Positions 33,939 through 34,977 of a DNA stretch of 34,977 nt are shown piece after piece. This DNA comes from Alphaproteobacteria bacterium (lineage in GTDB: Bacteria; Pseudomonadota; Alphaproteobacteria; CACIAM-22H2). The notes under the pieces are model-generated. The model saw nothing but the letters and a program-made list of their open reading frames with translations, made no database searches and was not told where the DNA came from. Position 1 is the stretch's first letter. The number at the start of each line of letters is the position of its first letter. A program made the position numbers and the translations under genes. The DNA lies in NCBI GenBank assembly GCA_016869915.1, contig VGDA01000002.1:1-34977 (forward strand), given 5' to 3'.

Positions 33939-34977
33939 TCAGAACCGCGAGCCGGTCGCCGGCACCGGCCCGATCCTGAATCCCTCGGGCAGCGGGTCGT
34001 CGTGGTCCAGGACGAAGTTGTGGAAGCCCGTGATCCAGGCCCGGCCCTCGACCCGTGGCACGACATAGGTGATGCCGCCGCGCGTCTCGGCGCGGATCGG
34101 CGTGCCGGTGAAGTACGTGCCGAGCACGCCCTCGAAGCGGCGCGACTGGCCGAGCGCGATCTCGCCGCGCCCGTGCAGGAGCGCGGTGCGCGCCGAGGTG
34201 CCGGTGCCGCAGGGGCTGCGGTCGAGCGATCCCGGCGGGCAGAGGATCGTCTGCCGGTAGTCGCCCGTCGTCGTGCGCGCCGAGGTGAAGAGCACCTGGT
34301 AGCAGACGTCGATGTCCGGACGCTCCGGATGGACGACCTTCAGCTGCTCGCCGACCGCGGCGCGGATGCGCCGCCAGGCGGAGATCAGCGCCGCGTCGTT
34401 GTGCGGGCTCAGCTCCAGGCCGATCGCGTCGGCGTCGACGAAGCAGTAGAAGTCGCCGCCATAGGCGATGTCGACGAGGATGCGGCCGATGCCCTCCACC
34501 TCGAGCGGCGCGGCGCGCATGAGCTCGAAGCTCTCGACGTTGTCGAAGTACGTTGTCGAAGTAGACGGAGCGCGGCGCGCCGCCGGAGACCCGCACGTGG
34601 CAGGTGACGAGGCCGGCCGGCGTGTCGAAGCGCACCACCGTCTCGGGCTCGACGACGGGCACCATCCCGGTCGCGACGACGGTCGTCGCCGTGCCGATGA
34701 TGCAGTGGCCGCACATCGGCACGTACTCGTCCTGCTCCATGATGACGACGGAGAAATCCGCGCCCGGGCCCTGCGGGGGCAGGAGCAGGACCGAGCACAT
34801 CATGCCGCTGCCGCGCGGCTCGAAGTTGAGCATGCGTCGCAGCGCGTCGTCGTTGCGCCAGAGCCAGGCGCGCTTGTCGAGGAGCGTCGCGCCGGGCGGG
34901 ACCGGGACGCCACCGACGATCACGCGCGTCGGGTTGCCCTCCGTGTGGGAGTCGACGGTGTTGATGGTACGCCGGAA
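33939..34977 (-). pseudogene. Proline racemase family enzyme (Cys/Cys type: proline racemase or 4-hydroxyproline 2-epimerase); 5' end outside the window; frame broken as written by a 13-bp tandem duplication
   Basis: The N-terminal part (...TINTVDSHTEGNPTRVIVGG...EYVPMCGHCIIG...RSVYFDN) is the head of ORF 30718-34923. The C-terminal part is ORF 33939-34520 (...LDRSPCGTGTSAR...). Catalytic Cys codons are at 34711-34713 and 34209-34211. Confidence 0.85.
34538..34563. repeat. Tandem duplication, 13 bp x2, identical (frame-breaking, proline racemase family gene)
   Basis: cgttgtcgaagta occurs at 34538-34550 and 34551-34563. Confidence 0.9.

Noticed and set aside
1127-34563. Could the repeats be a CRISPR array, a minisatellite or a mobile-element target-site duplication?
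   Set aside because: Each locus has exactly two adjacent copies with no spacer, the unit sequences are unrelated to each other, and nothing is inserted between copies. I saw no cas, transposase or integrase gene and no inverted terminal repeats.
30718-34923. 1401-aa ORF on the minus strand
   Set aside because: It is a chimera. Its head is the genuine N-terminal half of the proline-racemase-family gene, read through after the 13-bp frameshift. Its middle is out of frame across the B12 gene. Its tail is the genuine ceramidase-like gene. It is not one protein.

Overview
Very GC-rich window (alphaproteobacterial / Rhizobiales-like by codon usage; GC not computed). It is almost entirely coding and consists of metabolic and transport operons. 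I found no rRNA, tRNA, CRISPR array, transposase, integrase or phage genes.

Gene content, left to right:
- GldA/GldF/GldG-like ABC-2 exporter plus a DUF4340-like protein (157-4960, +).
- Two tandem cyclophilin PPIases and an orphan LuxR-type response regulator (4988-6817, -).
- galE (7110-8138, +).
- A translationally coupled minus-strand operon: amidohydrolase / FAD oxidase / double alpha-beta-hydrolase / acyl-CoA synthetase (14158 down to 8149).
- An acyl-CoA dehydrogenase (+).
- Alanine dehydrogenase (-), divergent from SDR / omega-aminotransferase / HMG-CoA-lyase-like genes and a Pot-like ABC importer (16624-24404, +).
- A small wHTH-like ORF beside a strikingly AT-rich island of about 95 bp.
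- An alpha/beta hydrolase plus cupin (-), divergent from an amidase (+).
- A minus-strand operon running to the window end: AstE/AspA-like deacylase / enolase-superfamily enzyme / neutral-ceramidase-like hydrolase / fused B12-binding mutase-like protein / Cys-Cys proline-racemase-family enzyme (28504-34977).

Two things stand out.
1. At least 13 spacer-less two-copy tandem duplications (9-153 bp) are scattered through the window. Six break the reading frames of otherwise intact operon genes. In the three long ones the two copies differ almost only at codon third positions (8 of 9 differences). That looks like two diverged functional alleles laid end to end, either as an assembly or strain-mixture artefact or through unusual homeologous recombination. 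It does not look like fresh replication slippage.
2. The right-hand operon couples a fused glutamate-mutase-like barrel / DxHxxG cobalamin domain protein with an epimerase, an enolase-superfamily enzyme and two amide hydrolases. I cannot assign this combination to a described pathway, so it is my best candidate for an uncharacterised catabolic system.

All functional calls come from motif recognition by eye. No database search was run.
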